Positions 9,586 through 18,390 of a stretch of 64,000 nt of DNA are shown in pieces; position 1 is the stretch's first letter; each line of letters opens with the position of its first letter. The notes beneath the pieces were generated by a model, which did not search any database, was not told the DNA's origin, and saw nothing but the letters and a program-made list of their open reading frames with translations. The stretch covers positions 64,001 to 128,000 of the forward strand of contig JBGARZ010000019.1 of NCBI GenBank assembly GCA_044229975.1. The letters run 5' to 3'. The DNA is from Polyangiales bacterium. GTDB lineage: Bacteria > Myxococcota_A > Polyangia > Polyangiales > Ga0077539. The position numbers and the translations under genes are program-made.

Positions 9586-11238
9586 TTAGAGGTGGAAGCC
9601 GACGAGCACCGAGGTGTCGATGTTGAAGAGGAAGGTCGGAAACATGAACTGCAACGCGACCTCCGCGCCGACGTGGAAGCCGTTGCGCAGGGCGTACTCG
9701 ACGCGCGCTCCGGCGTGGGCGTTGCCGTAGCCCGAGAGCACGTGCGCGCCGTCGCCCATCACGTTGGCCGGGATGGCGGGCTTGGGCTCGATCTGGCCGA
9801 CGCCGCCGCCCGCGAAGGCGCTGGCGACGAAGCCCTGCGCCGCGAAGCCGTGCGGCGTGAAGGCGTAGTAGAGGCGGGCCATCATCAGCAGGTTGGCGAA
9901 GGGGTTGCTGCGCGCGGTGCCGCCCATGGCGCGCTCCTGGGCGGTGGGCTCGACCGTCCAGTCGGCGCTGTCGGCGAACTGCCAGCGCATGACGATGGCG
10001 GCGCCGATGCGCGGCGTGAAGTTGTAGCGGGCGTTGATGCCGAGGAAGAGCGTCGGCGCGAAGCCCGGGTCGATGGTGGCGTAGCAGACGTAGCCGCTGC
10101 ACGAGCGGATCTGGGTGCCGCTCGACGACTGGAAGTAGCGCTGCTCGGCGTAGGAGGGGCGGCCCGTGAGGAAGGCCGCGCCGACGCCGAAGCTCGCGTC
10201 GAGGGAGAAGCGCGACGTGCGCGGGGCGTTGGGGTCCGTGGGCTCCGACGGACCCGTCTCGCTGCTGGACTCACCTACGGCGCAGGCGCCGGCGTCGCAG
10301 TGCAGGCCGTCGCCGCACCCGCTGTTGGAGCTGCACGGGTCACCGAGGCCGCCGCGCGGCGTGGGTCGCCGGCACTGCGGACCGGTGATGCCGGGCGGGC
10401 ACTCCTCGGCGTCGCTCGCGCAGGTCTCGGACGGCGCGCGGCCGGGGAGCGACGGAGCGGGGTGCGAGCGGCGGCTCACGATGGAGACCTGCACGGGCGA
10501 CGACTCGCTGCCCACCGTGGCGACGACCTGCGTGTTCGCGTCGACGGCGGTGACGTAGTACTCCATCGACGGGGCGATCATCGCGGCGCACGGGATCTCG
10601 GTGCCGTAGCCGTTGGCGGCGCGGGTCATCTCGCGGCGCTCGAAGGAGCGCATGCCGTTGCCCTTGTAATAGACGTAGACGTGCTCGACGGAGAACGTCC
10701 CGCTGGGCTCGACGTAGACGGGCAGCGGGGTGTTGCCGAGCTGCTCGGGCGCGGGCGTGTGGAGGAGCTCACCGCCGCCGGAGCTGGGGTTGTTCACCGG
10801 CCGCGGGTTGGTGGGCGGGGTGGTGATGGGGTTGGGGCGAGCGCCACTGGCGACCTGGCCCTGGGCCGAGCGAAACGCCTGGCTGATCTCCGGGGTGACG
10901 AGCATCGCGTCGGGCTCGGCGTTGGGGTCGAGCCGCAGCGCGCTGACCATCGACTCGACGCCGGCGGTGTTGTTCTGCTGGCCGCCGACCTGCACGATGC
11001 CCATGGCCATGTGGACCTTGGCCGTGACGGCGGGCGAGCAGCCGCTGTTGGCGCAGGTGCGCAGCGCGGCCTGCAGGCGCTCCAGCGACCGGTCGATCTC
11101 GAGGTTCTGGTAGTCCTCCAGCGCGGTGCTGATGAGCGAGCGCGCGGGCCGGTCGCGGGGACCCTGCTGCGCGAGCACTTCAGTCGGGAGAATCACCAGG
11201 GCGGTCAGGAAGACTGCGGTCCGTTGCCAGCTCATCAC
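9586..11238 (-). CDS. Secreted multidomain protein with helical (TPR-like) N-terminus and probable C-terminal outer-membrane beta-barrel
   Basis: Signal peptide, Pro-rich linker, Cys-rich knot, and amphipathic beta-strands ending ...VLVGFHL. Confidence 0.6.
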   Translation of the reverse strand: MMSWQRTAVFLTALVILPTEVLAQQGPRDRPARSLISTALEDYQNLEIDRSLERLQAALRTCANSGCSPAVTAKVHMAMGIVQVGGQQNNTAGVESMVSALRLDPNAEPDAMLVTPEISQAFRSAQGQVASGARPNPITTPPTNPRPVNNPSSGGGELLHTPAPEQLGNTPLPVYVEPSGTFSVEHVYVYYKGNGMRSFERREMTRAANGYGTEIPCAAMIAPSMEYYVTAVDANTQVVATVGSESSPVQVSIVSRRSHPAPSLPGRAPSETCASDAEECPPGITGPQCRRPTPRGGLGDPCSSNSGCGDGLHCDAGACAVGESSSETGPSEPTDPNAPRTSRFSLDASFGVGAAFLTGRPSYAEQRYFQSSSGTQIRSCSGYVCYATIDPGFAPTLFLGINARYNFTPRIGAAIVMRWQFADSADWTVEPTAQERAMGGTARSNPFANLLMMARLYYAFTPHGFAAQGFVASAFAGGGVGQIEPKPAIPANVMGDGAHVLSGYGNAHAGARVEYALRNGFHVGAEVALQFMFPTFLFNIDTSVLVGFHL

Positions 11239-11368
11239 TTTGCTCGTTGGTTATTCCAGGGGATCCGCCGAGAAACAGGCGGATACACGACCCCGTAGGC
11301 GATCGGGCGGCGGCATCCTACACGGTTTCCTCGCGGCGCCAACGACCCCGCGCACCCACGCGGTGGTG

Positions 11369-12475
11369 TTAGCGGATGAAGCGCCCGTCGGCGTCGATCT
11401 CGTTGAGCTCCACGCGCCGGTTGGCCGCGCGGCCTTCGGGCGTGGTGTTGCTCTCCAGCGGCGTCCGCGGGCCATAGCCACGCGAGGTGAGCCGCGCGGC
11501 GTCGATGCCGTGGGAGAGCAGGTACGTCCGCACCGTGGCGGCGCGGGCGGCCGAGAGTCGCTCGTTGAGCGCGCGCGAACCTTCGCTCGACGTGTGACCG
11601 CCGACCTCGTAGCGGAGCGCGCGGTTTTGCGTCTGCCCGAGGTACTGCACCACCTCGTCGAGGGTGACCGCCGCGGTGGGTCGCAGCGTCGCGCGGTTGA
11701 CGTCGAACTCCACCCGGAAGCGCACCCCATGCTGGGTGATCTGGAGGTGCTCGAACACCCGCGGGCACCCGTTGTTCTCAGGCGGACCAGGCTCGTTGGG
11801 GCACTGGTCGGTGAGGTCGGCGACGGTGTCCTGATCGTTGTCGTTGTCGGGGCAGCCGTCGGCGTCGTTGTACCCGTCGGGGTCTTCCGGCTCGTTGCGG
11901 CAGTTGTCCACCGTGTCGACCACGCCGTCGGCGTCGTTGTCGTTCTCGGGGCAGCCGTCCTCGTCGAGGTACTGATCCCGGTCTTCGGGCTCGATGGGGC
12001 AGAGGTCGCGCGAGTCGACGAGACCGTCGCCGTCGGTGTCCGGATCGTCGGGGCAACCGTCTTCGTCCTGGAAGGAGTTCCAGGTCTCGGGGTTGTCGGG
12101 GCAGCGGTCGTCGGGGTCGAGGTAGCCGTCGCCGTCGCGATCACCGGGCGCCGCGCGCGGCAGGCAGCGGTCGGGCGGCGACATCCGCAGCGCCGCGCGG
12201 GCGTTGAGGTCGGCCTCGTTGAAGTGCTCCTCGGCGCGGCGGAAGTGCGCCTCGTCGAGCTCCCGTTCCGCGAACTCGGCGTGGCTCCGTCCCACCGCGA
12301 GCTCGCGCGGGGCGCACTCGTGGGCGCCGTTGCGCTCGGCCTGCGTGAGCAGCGTGCGGGTCGCGTCGATGCGGCCGCGGAGGCCCGCGGTAGCGGCGCA
12401 GCCCAATAGACTGCTGCAACCCATCACCCCAGCGAGCAGCAGCGCGAGCGGGCGGTGGTCAGTGCGCCGGCGCAT
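11369..12475 (-). CDS. OmpA-family peptidoglycan-binding lipoprotein with DUF4398-like N-terminus and TSP3 Ca-binding repeats
   Basis: Four DxDxDG..D..DxCP repeats. OmpA C-terminal motifs GHTSSEG..NERLSAARA..ANRRVE. Lipobox LLGC. Confidence 0.9.
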   Translation of the reverse strand: MRRRTDHRPLALLLAGVMGCSSLLGCAATAGLRGRIDATRTLLTQAERNGAHECAPRELAVGRSHAEFAERELDEAHFRRAEEHFNEADLNARAALRMSPPDRCLPRAAPGDRDGDGYLDPDDRCPDNPETWNSFQDEDGCPDDPDTDGDGLVDSRDLCPIEPEDRDQYLDEDGCPENDNDADGVVDTVDNCRNEPEDPDGYNDADGCPDNDNDQDTVADLTDQCPNEPGPPENNGCPRVFEHLQITQHGVRFRVEFDVNRATLRPTAAVTLDEVVQYLGQTQNRALRYEVGGHTSSEGSRALNERLSAARAATVRTYLLSHGIDAARLTSRGYGPRTPLESNTTPEGRAANRRVELNEIDADGRFIR

Positions 12476-12764
12476 GACCCTGGCCCCGTGCGATGTCGCG
12501 AGCCCGGTTGCCGTACTCCTCGGCGACCCCGGCCATATCCATGGCGTCTTGATACTCGGCCGAGCTCGCGAACTCCTGGGCCTTGCGCAGGTGCTCGACG
12601 GCGAAGTGGTACTCGTAGGTCGCGCGGGCCGGGGCGCCCGACTGACGGGCCTCCTCGACGGCGTGCTGCGCCCCGGAGAGGTTCACCATGTAGAGCACCG
12701 GGCCACACCCCGAGGCGCCCAGGAGGAGCGAGAGACACCCGACGACGATCGCGAACCGACGCAC
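12459..12764 (-). CDS. DUF4398-like small lipoprotein
   Basis: Lipobox ASGC and AVEEARQSGA..A.YEY..A.EHL.KA pattern. Overlaps the OmpA gene start. Start placed at GTG 12764. Confidence 0.75.
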   Translation of the reverse strand: MRRFAIVVGCLSLLLGASGCGPVLYMVNLSGAQHAVEEARQSGAPARATYEYHFAVEHLRKAQEFASSAEYQDAMDMAGVAEEYGNRARDIARGQGHAPAH

Positions 12765-12837
12765 CGCGCGGACGCTACACGAGCGAAACAAACAGGGTCA
12801 ACGACACACGCAGGGGCGTCGACCGAACGACCGCCAC

Positions 12838-13042
12838 GGTCTCGTTCGAAGGGTCGAGGCTTCCGACGAGACCAACGGAGTCTCGTCAGGAGGGGGCGCA
12901 ACCTCCGACCGCGACCATCGTGGTCTCGTCGGAAGCCTCGACCCTTCGAACGAGACCATCGGAGTGACCGCAGGCCGTCTCCAGCGCCCCCAACGAGACG
13001 CCGTTGGTCTCGTCGGAAGGGTCGGACCCTGCCAACAAGACC
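12838..13042. repeat. REP/BIME-like array of about 5 palindromic units, ~42-bp period
   Basis: 12838-12874 and 12921-12957 are exact 37-bp reverse complements. A similar unit starts at 13006 and degenerate units at ~12879 and ~12963. Each unit is a GGTCTCGT...ACGAGACC hairpin. Confidence 0.85.
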
Positions 13043-13078
13043 CCATCGGCGCCTGGGCTCTGGTATGCCGCGCCTGCG

Positions 13079-13726
13079 ATGGACCGCGGAACCTGGATCG
13101 CCTGTGTTGGTCCCATTGGTGTCGGCAAGAGCACGCTCGCGGCGGTGGTCGCGCGCCGCACGGGCGCCCTCTTCGTCCCCGAGCGCTTCGGCGACAACGC
13201 CTTCCTCGAACGCTTCTACGGACCCGACGGCATCAAGCGCTGGGGCTTCCAGACGGAGGTGTCGTTCCTCACGCAGCGCTTCGATCAGGTGCGCGAGATC
13301 GACGCCCTGCTCGCCGCGGGCCGCTCGGTGGTCACCGACTTCACCCCGCAGCAGAACCTCATCTTCGCCCGCATCACCGTCGACCCGCTGGAGTTCTCCC
13401 TCTACGAGCAGCTCTACGACCGGCTCTTCGGCGCGCTCCCGCGGCCCGACCGGCTCATCTGCCTCGACGCCGACCTGCGCACCATCCTGCGCCGCATCCG
13501 CAGCCGCGCGCGCTCCATGGAGGCGGGCATTCCGTCGGCGTACATCCGCAAGCTGCGCGACGGTTACCTCACCTGGCACGAGCACCCGCCCGCCCCGACC
13601 CTCTGGATCGACACCTCCAAGATGCCCATCCCGAGCGACCTCGTGGCCCGCGCCGCCGCCCTCGACGCCGTGATGCTCTCGTTCGAACCCGACACCCGCC
13701 GCGCCCTCTTCGGCCGCGAAGGGTAG
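13079..13726 (+). CDS. Deoxynucleoside kinase family protein
   Basis: P-loop GPIGVGKST, FLERFY, FQTEVSFLTQR and lid RRIRSRARSME. Start trimmed to ATG 13079, downstream of the repeat array. Confidence 0.9.
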   Translation: MDRGTWIACVGPIGVGKSTLAAVVARRTGALFVPERFGDNAFLERFYGPDGIKRWGFQTEVSFLTQRFDQVREIDALLAAGRSVVTDFTPQQNLIFARITVDPLEFSLYEQLYDRLFGALPRPDRLICLDADLRTILRRIRSRARSMEAGIPSAYIRKLRDGYLTWHEHPPAPTLWIDTSKMPIPSDLVARAAALDAVMLSFEPDTRRALFGREG

Positions 13727-13731
13727 TCGTC

Positions 13732-15537
13732 TCACTCCGCCGGGAAGATCACCTCGGTCTCGCGCCCGCCCGCGACGCGCACCACCCGCTGCATCACGCG
13801 CCCATCCGGCCGCAGGCACCGCACCCGGTGCTCGCCCGCGCTCACCGCACGGTTGAACACCGGCGACTGCCCCATCCGTCGCCCGTCGACGCTCACCTCG
13901 CACCGCGGCGGATCGGCCCCCACCGTCAGCCGCCCCACCGTGCGCCGCACCACCGGCGCCATCGCGGGCTCCTCGGCCATCACCCCATCGTCCGCGTCGA
14001 CCACCACCCCCGCGTCGGGCGTCTCGATGGTCTGCTGCACCAGCATCGTCGACGCATCGACGACCTCCGCCACCGCGGGCTCCGGCGACATCGTCGGGAG
14101 CACCACCCGCTGCTCGTGGTCGGGCGTCAGCGTAAACGTCACCGCGCGATATCCGGGCGCCTCGACGCGCACCACCGTCGTCGCGGCGCTGCGTGTCGTC
14201 ACGACCTCCGCCCCATCGAAGGGCCGGTCGCCCACGAACACCCGCCCACCCGTCGGAACGCCCACGAAATGCAGCGCCACCGTCGACGACAACGGCGCCG
14301 TGTCGGGCGTCCGCGCGGGCAACGACACCGCCACCGCGGCCACCACGGACAGCACCGCCACCGCGGCCAGGCCCCACACCCAGCGCGAATGCGGCCGCGT
14401 CGGAACCGGCGCCACCAACGTCACCGCCCCACCCGGCGTTGGTCCGGTGAGCTCACCCGCGCCGATGACACCGGGCGGCGGCCCGATGGCGGGCGCCTGG
14501 ACGAGCGGCGGCGGAGGCAGCGTCGGCTCGCGGACCGGGAGCTCGGTCGCGATGGGGTACGCTCCGCTCGCCGCGAGGCTGGGCAGCACGCGCACCACGG
14601 TGGCCTCGCTCTCCATCAACGGCGCGTGGCGACCGCGCAAGACCGCGCGCAGTCCTTCGACGGCCTCGTTGGCTTCGGTGAAGCGCAGCTCGGGGTCGCG
14701 CTCGACGCAGCGGGCAAACCACGCGTCGAAGCCCGTCGGCAGGAGACCTGGTGCCAGCCCCTGCTCCAGGGCGCGCAGCCCCGGCGGCTCGATGGGATGA
14801 ACCACCACCTCCATCAGCAGGGCGTTGAGGTTGACCCCGTCGCTCTCGACGGCGCGCCAGTAGTGACGGCCCGTGAGCAGGAGGTACGCGAGCAGACCGA
14901 GCGGCCAGACGTCGGTGCTGCGTCGGAGCTTCGCCCCCGAGCGCGCCTGCTCGGGCGCCATGAAGAGGGGTGATCCGAGCTGCCGCGTGACGGTCACCGA
15001 GGTGGCGTTGTTGGCGATGACCTTGGAGATGCCGAAGTCGAGCACCTTCACGACGAAGGGCATGCCGCGCAGCCGCGAGCGGGCGACGAAGATGTTGCGG
15101 GGCTTCAGGTCGCGGTGGATCACCCCCGCTCGGTGGGCGGCGGCCAGCGCGTCGCAGAGCTGCTCGAAGATCTCCAGCACCTCGTGGGGAGCGAGCGCCC
15201 CGCGGCGCACGATGAGGTCATGGAGGTCTTCGCCTTCGAGGAGCTCCATCGCGAGGTAGGGGATCTCGGTCTCCTCGTCGACGCCCGCGGCGATGACCTC
15301 GACCACGTGGCCGCTGCCGATCTGTCCCCCGATGCGCGCCTCCAGCGTGAACTGCTCGCGGCTCGCCGGGTCGCTGACGAGGTCGGGGTTGAGCACCTTG
15401 AGGGCGCGCATCTTTCCCGACGAGAGCTGCTCGGCGACGAAGACCCCGCCCATGCCGCCCTCGGCGAGGGCGCGCACGATCCGGAAGTCCCGGGCGAACA
15501 CCACCCCCGGGCCAAGGCTCGCCAGCGCCGACGACAT
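13732..15537 (-). CDS. Membrane Ser/Thr protein kinase with C-terminal PEGA-like domain
   Basis: GGMGGVF, ALKVL, HRDLKPRN, DFG and MAPEQ motifs, then a TM helix and VSVDGRRMGQSP..V.AGEHRV. Confidence 0.93.
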   Translation of the reverse strand: MSSALASLGPGVVFARDFRIVRALAEGGMGGVFVAEQLSSGKMRALKVLNPDLVSDPASREQFTLEARIGGQIGSGHVVEVIAAGVDEETEIPYLAMELLEGEDLHDLIVRRGALAPHEVLEIFEQLCDALAAAHRAGVIHRDLKPRNIFVARSRLRGMPFVVKVLDFGISKVIANNATSVTVTRQLGSPLFMAPEQARSGAKLRRSTDVWPLGLLAYLLLTGRHYWRAVESDGVNLNALLMEVVVHPIEPPGLRALEQGLAPGLLPTGFDAWFARCVERDPELRFTEANEAVEGLRAVLRGRHAPLMESEATVVRVLPSLAASGAYPIATELPVREPTLPPPPLVQAPAIGPPPGVIGAGELTGPTPGGAVTLVAPVPTRPHSRWVWGLAAVAVLSVVAAVAVSLPARTPDTAPLSSTVALHFVGVPTGGRVFVGDRPFDGAEVVTTRSAATTVVRVEAPGYRAVTFTLTPDHEQRVVLPTMSPEPAVAEVVDASTMLVQQTIETPDAGVVVDADDGVMAEEPAMAPVVRRTVGRLTVGADPPRCEVSVDGRRMGQSPVFNRAVSAGEHRVRCLRPDGRVMQRVVRVAGGRETEVIFPAE

Positions 15538-15608
15538 CGCGGCGGCACTCTAGCGCATTCCCTCTCCCTTCCGCGCATCGTCGACGCCCCATAGACTGCC
15601 GGGCACCT

Positions 15609-16505
15609 ATGCGGGTCTCATCGCTCTGGATCCACCCCGTGAAGTCGTGCCGGGCCATCGCGGTCGACCGCGCGGAGCTCGACGAGACCGGCTTCCGGCA
15701 CGACCGGCGATGGATGATCGTCGACCCCGCCGGGCGCTTCATCACGCAGCGCGAGCGCCCCGACCTCGCGACGGTCTCGGTCACCGTGTGGGGCGACCAC
15801 GTCGCGCTCACCTGCGACGGGCACGCGGCCCTCACGCTGCCCTTCGACCCCGGCGCCCACGCTCCGGTTCGTACCGTCACGGTGTGGGACGACACGGTCG
15901 AGGCCCGCGGAGCGTCACCCGACGCGGCGCGCTGGCTGCTCACCACCCTCGGCATCGACGGGGACGTCGTCTGGCTGCCGCCGCCGAGCGCCCGCCCGGT
16001 GGACCCACGCTTCGCGCGCAGCGTCGACCGGGTGGGCTTCGCCGACGGGTTTCCGTTGTTGCTCGCGAGCGAAGGGTCGCTGGAGGCCGTCAACGCGCGG
16101 CTCGCGGAGCACGTGCCCATGGAGAGGTTTCGACCCAACGTGGTGGTCGCGGACGCGCCGGCCTTCGAGGAGGATGGCTGGTCGGTGTTTCGGATGGGGA
16201 TCGTTCGGTGTCGGGCGGTGAAGCCGTGTGCGCGCTGCGTGATCGTCAACACCGACCCCTGGACGGGCGCGCGGGGCATCGAGCCGCTCAAGACCCTGGC
16301 GCGCTTTCGCACCGGAACCGCCGACAAGGCCCGGGTGTACTTCGGGCAGAACGTCGTTCATTCGAGGGACGCCATCGGGCAGACGGTGGCGGTGGGCGAT
16401 GAGGTGGTGGTCGAGTCATGGCGCGAGGCCGACGACGCGCTGGTGCTCGACCCGGAGCGCGCCACCCCCGCGAGCGTCTTCCCAAAGCCCGACGGCCCGG
16501 AGTAG
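15609..16505 (+). CDS. MOSC domain protein (YcbX/mARC-like)
   Basis: HPVKSC, DRRWMIVD, FADGFPLLL, RFRPNVVV and KPCARC motifs. Confidence 0.92.
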   Translation: MRVSSLWIHPVKSCRAIAVDRAELDETGFRHDRRWMIVDPAGRFITQRERPDLATVSVTVWGDHVALTCDGHAALTLPFDPGAHAPVRTVTVWDDTVEARGASPDAARWLLTTLGIDGDVVWLPPPSARPVDPRFARSVDRVGFADGFPLLLASEGSLEAVNARLAEHVPMERFRPNVVVADAPAFEEDGWSVFRMGIVRCRAVKPCARCVIVNTDPWTGARGIEPLKTLARFRTGTADKARVYFGQNVVHSRDAIGQTVAVGDEVVVESWREADDALVLDPERATPASVFPKPDGPE

Positions 16506-16704
16506 TCTGCGAGAAGAACGTGGCCGCGGCAGGCGTACTAGCGACGCACGCTCAACCCCACACCGGCGTCTGTTCTGGTCACGCGGAGCCGACGCCGGCG
16601 CTTCACCACACGGAGGGGGGGACCCCGAGCCGACCAGCGGTTCAGTGTCCGTCATCCGGTTCAACCACCTTGCGCAGTACCAGCGCCCAAGGAGCCCCAC
16701 GCCC

Positions 16705-17160
16705 ATGTCGGACAACACCAAGAAGCCGCCGGTCGTCACCACCCTCACCGAGGACGACATCGTCGAGGAGAACCCGCGTCGGCGGTCGGTCCTCGCGCTG
16801 CTGAGCGCCACCGTCGTCGGAGGCGCCGCCAAGGCGCTCGGCGGGTGCATCGTCGCCAACCCGCAGCCCGTCCAGACGGGCCCGGTCTACGCGCAGCCCC
16901 AGGGGGTCGTCGTGCAGCAGGGAGCCGTCCAGACGGGCGTCACCGACGGTGACTCGGGCGCCTACGCCGACCCGGTCAACGGTGGTCGCGGCCAGCCGCG
17001 CGGCATGCAGACGGGCGTCACCGACGGCGACTCGGGCACCTACTCCGATCCCGTCAACGGCGGCCGTGGTCGCCGCGGCTACCAGACCGGCATCACCGAC
17101 GCCGACTCCGGGTCCTACGCCGACGGCGTCGGGCGCGGCCGCGGCGGCCGTCGCTACTGA
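16705..17160 (+). CDS. Small Tat-type lipoprotein/peptide with three Asp/Gly-rich core repeats; candidate RiPP-like precursor
   Basis: AAGGAG RBS at 16689-16694, ATG 16705. MSDNTKKPPVVTTLTEDDIVEENP-RRRSVLALL...LGGC, then 3x QTG(V/I)TD(G/A)DSGxY(A/S)DxVxxGRG. Confidence 0.8.
   Translation: MSDNTKKPPVVTTLTEDDIVEENPRRRSVLALLSATVVGGAAKALGGCIVANPQPVQTGPVYAQPQGVVVQQGAVQTGVTDGDSGAYADPVNGGRGQPRGMQTGVTDGDSGTYSDPVNGGRGRRGYQTGITDADSGSYADGVGRGRGGRRY
16930..17145 (+). repeat. Three 63-bp coding repeats (21-aa cores)
   Basis: Units start at 16930, 17008 and 17083. Many differences are synonymous, so conservation is at the protein level. Confidence 0.9.
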
Positions 17161-17196
17161 GCGCAGCGCTCCCCCGCCTCTTCTCTCCCCACCGCC

Positions 17197-18390
17197 ATGA
17201 ACCTGTCCTTCCCCACGCTGGCGCGGATCATCGATCCGTTGCCCGTCGAGGTGTTCTTCCGCGACCACTGGGAGCGCGCCCCGCTGGTGCTCCATCGCGA
17301 ACGCCCGCGCGCCTTCGAGGGGCTGCTCTCGCTGGGTGACATCGATCGCTACCTCGGCACCAACGACGTGCACCACCCGTCGGTGTCGCTCGTCGACCAC
17401 CGCCGCAAGATCGCCCCCGAGGAGTACGCGTACCCGAGCGGCCTCGTGGACGCGGTGAAGCTCTTCAAGCTCTACGAGGCGGGCGCCACGATGGTGTTCG
17501 CGCAGCTCGAAGGGAATCACCAGCCGCTGTTCGAGTGTGTGCGCGCGCTGGAGCACGAGTTCAGCACGCGCTTCCAGGCCAACATCTACCTCACGCCGGG
17601 CAACGCCCAGGGCTTCCATCCCCACTACGACAGCCACGACGTCCTCGTGGTGCAGGTCGAGGGAACCAAGCACTGGATGCTCTACGACCAGGTCATCGAC
17701 ACGCCCCTGCGCCGCCAGGAGTTCGACCCGAAGGAGACGGTCTGCGGGCCGCTGTCGCAGGAGTTCGACCTTCACCCTGGTGATGTCCTCTACATCCCGC
17801 GCGGCCTGATGCACGACGCGCGCACCGCCGACGGCGACGGCCACTCGCTGCACGTCACCTTCGGCGCGCTCTTCACGTCTTGGACGGAGCTCATGGCCGA
17901 GGCCCTCGGCCGCTGGGCCCTCACTGACGTGCACGGTCGACGCAGCCTCCCGGCGGGCTTCGCGCGCGACGGCTTCGACGCAGCGGGCGCGCGGTCGTAC
18001 TTCGTGGAGGCGCTCAAGCGCTTCACGGCGGCCGCCGAAGCAGACGCCGACGGTGTGCTCGAACACTTCGCCCGCGACCTCGTCGACACCCGACACCCGC
18101 GACTGCCGGGGCAGTTCTCACAGCTCGCGGGCCTCGGCGCGCTCACGGCCGACCGACCCGTCGGCGTTCGCCCCGGTGTGGTGCTGCGTGTCGATGACGA
18201 CGGTGATCGCGTGATCCTCGCCGCCTACGGAACCGAGCTCGCCTTCCCGTCGCACGTCGCCGCGGCGCTGCGCTTCGCGGTGACCCACGAGCGCTACACC
18301 GCGCGCGACCTCCCGGGGCCGCTCGATGAGGAGGGGCGCCTCGTGCTGGTGCGTCGGCTCATCCGCGAGGGCGTGCTCCAGGCGCTCTGA
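17197..18390 (+). CDS. JmjC/Cupin_4 Fe(II)/2-oxoglutarate oxygenase (YcfD/NO66/MINA-like ROX fold)
   Basis: FFRDHWERAPL, ANIYLTP, FHPHYDSHDV (HxD), QVEGTKHW, PGDVLYIPRGLMHDA (distal His), SLHVT, and C-terminal winged-helix-like LVRRLIREGVL. Confidence 0.92.
   Translation: MNLSFPTLARIIDPLPVEVFFRDHWERAPLVLHRERPRAFEGLLSLGDIDRYLGTNDVHHPSVSLVDHRRKIAPEEYAYPSGLVDAVKLFKLYEAGATMVFAQLEGNHQPLFECVRALEHEFSTRFQANIYLTPGNAQGFHPHYDSHDVLVVQVEGTKHWMLYDQVIDTPLRRQEFDPKETVCGPLSQEFDLHPGDVLYIPRGLMHDARTADGDGHSLHVTFGALFTSWTELMAEALGRWALTDVHGRRSLPAGFARDGFDAAGARSYFVEALKRFTAAAEADADGVLEHFARDLVDTRHPRLPGQFSQLAGLGALTADRPVGVRPGVVLRVDDDGDRVILAAYGTELAFPSHVAAALRFAVTHERYTARDLPGPLDEEGRLVLVRRLIREGVLQAL

Noticed and set aside
12838..13042. 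Possible CRISPR array
   Set aside because: Units change orientation, spacers are only ~5 nt, and no cas genes are in the window.
15609..16505. MOSC gene as part of the peptide/JmjC system
   Set aside because: A 199-bp gap separates them and MOSC is a common stand-alone gene. There is no evidence of linkage without synteny data.
16399..16704. N-terminal extension of the 253-aa ORF
   Set aside because: It overlaps the MOSC gene, and a clear AAGGAG RBS precedes ATG 16705.
16930..17145. DNA repeats as CRISPR or a non-coding array
   Set aside because: The repeats are in frame with mostly synonymous divergence, so they are protein-level repeats.
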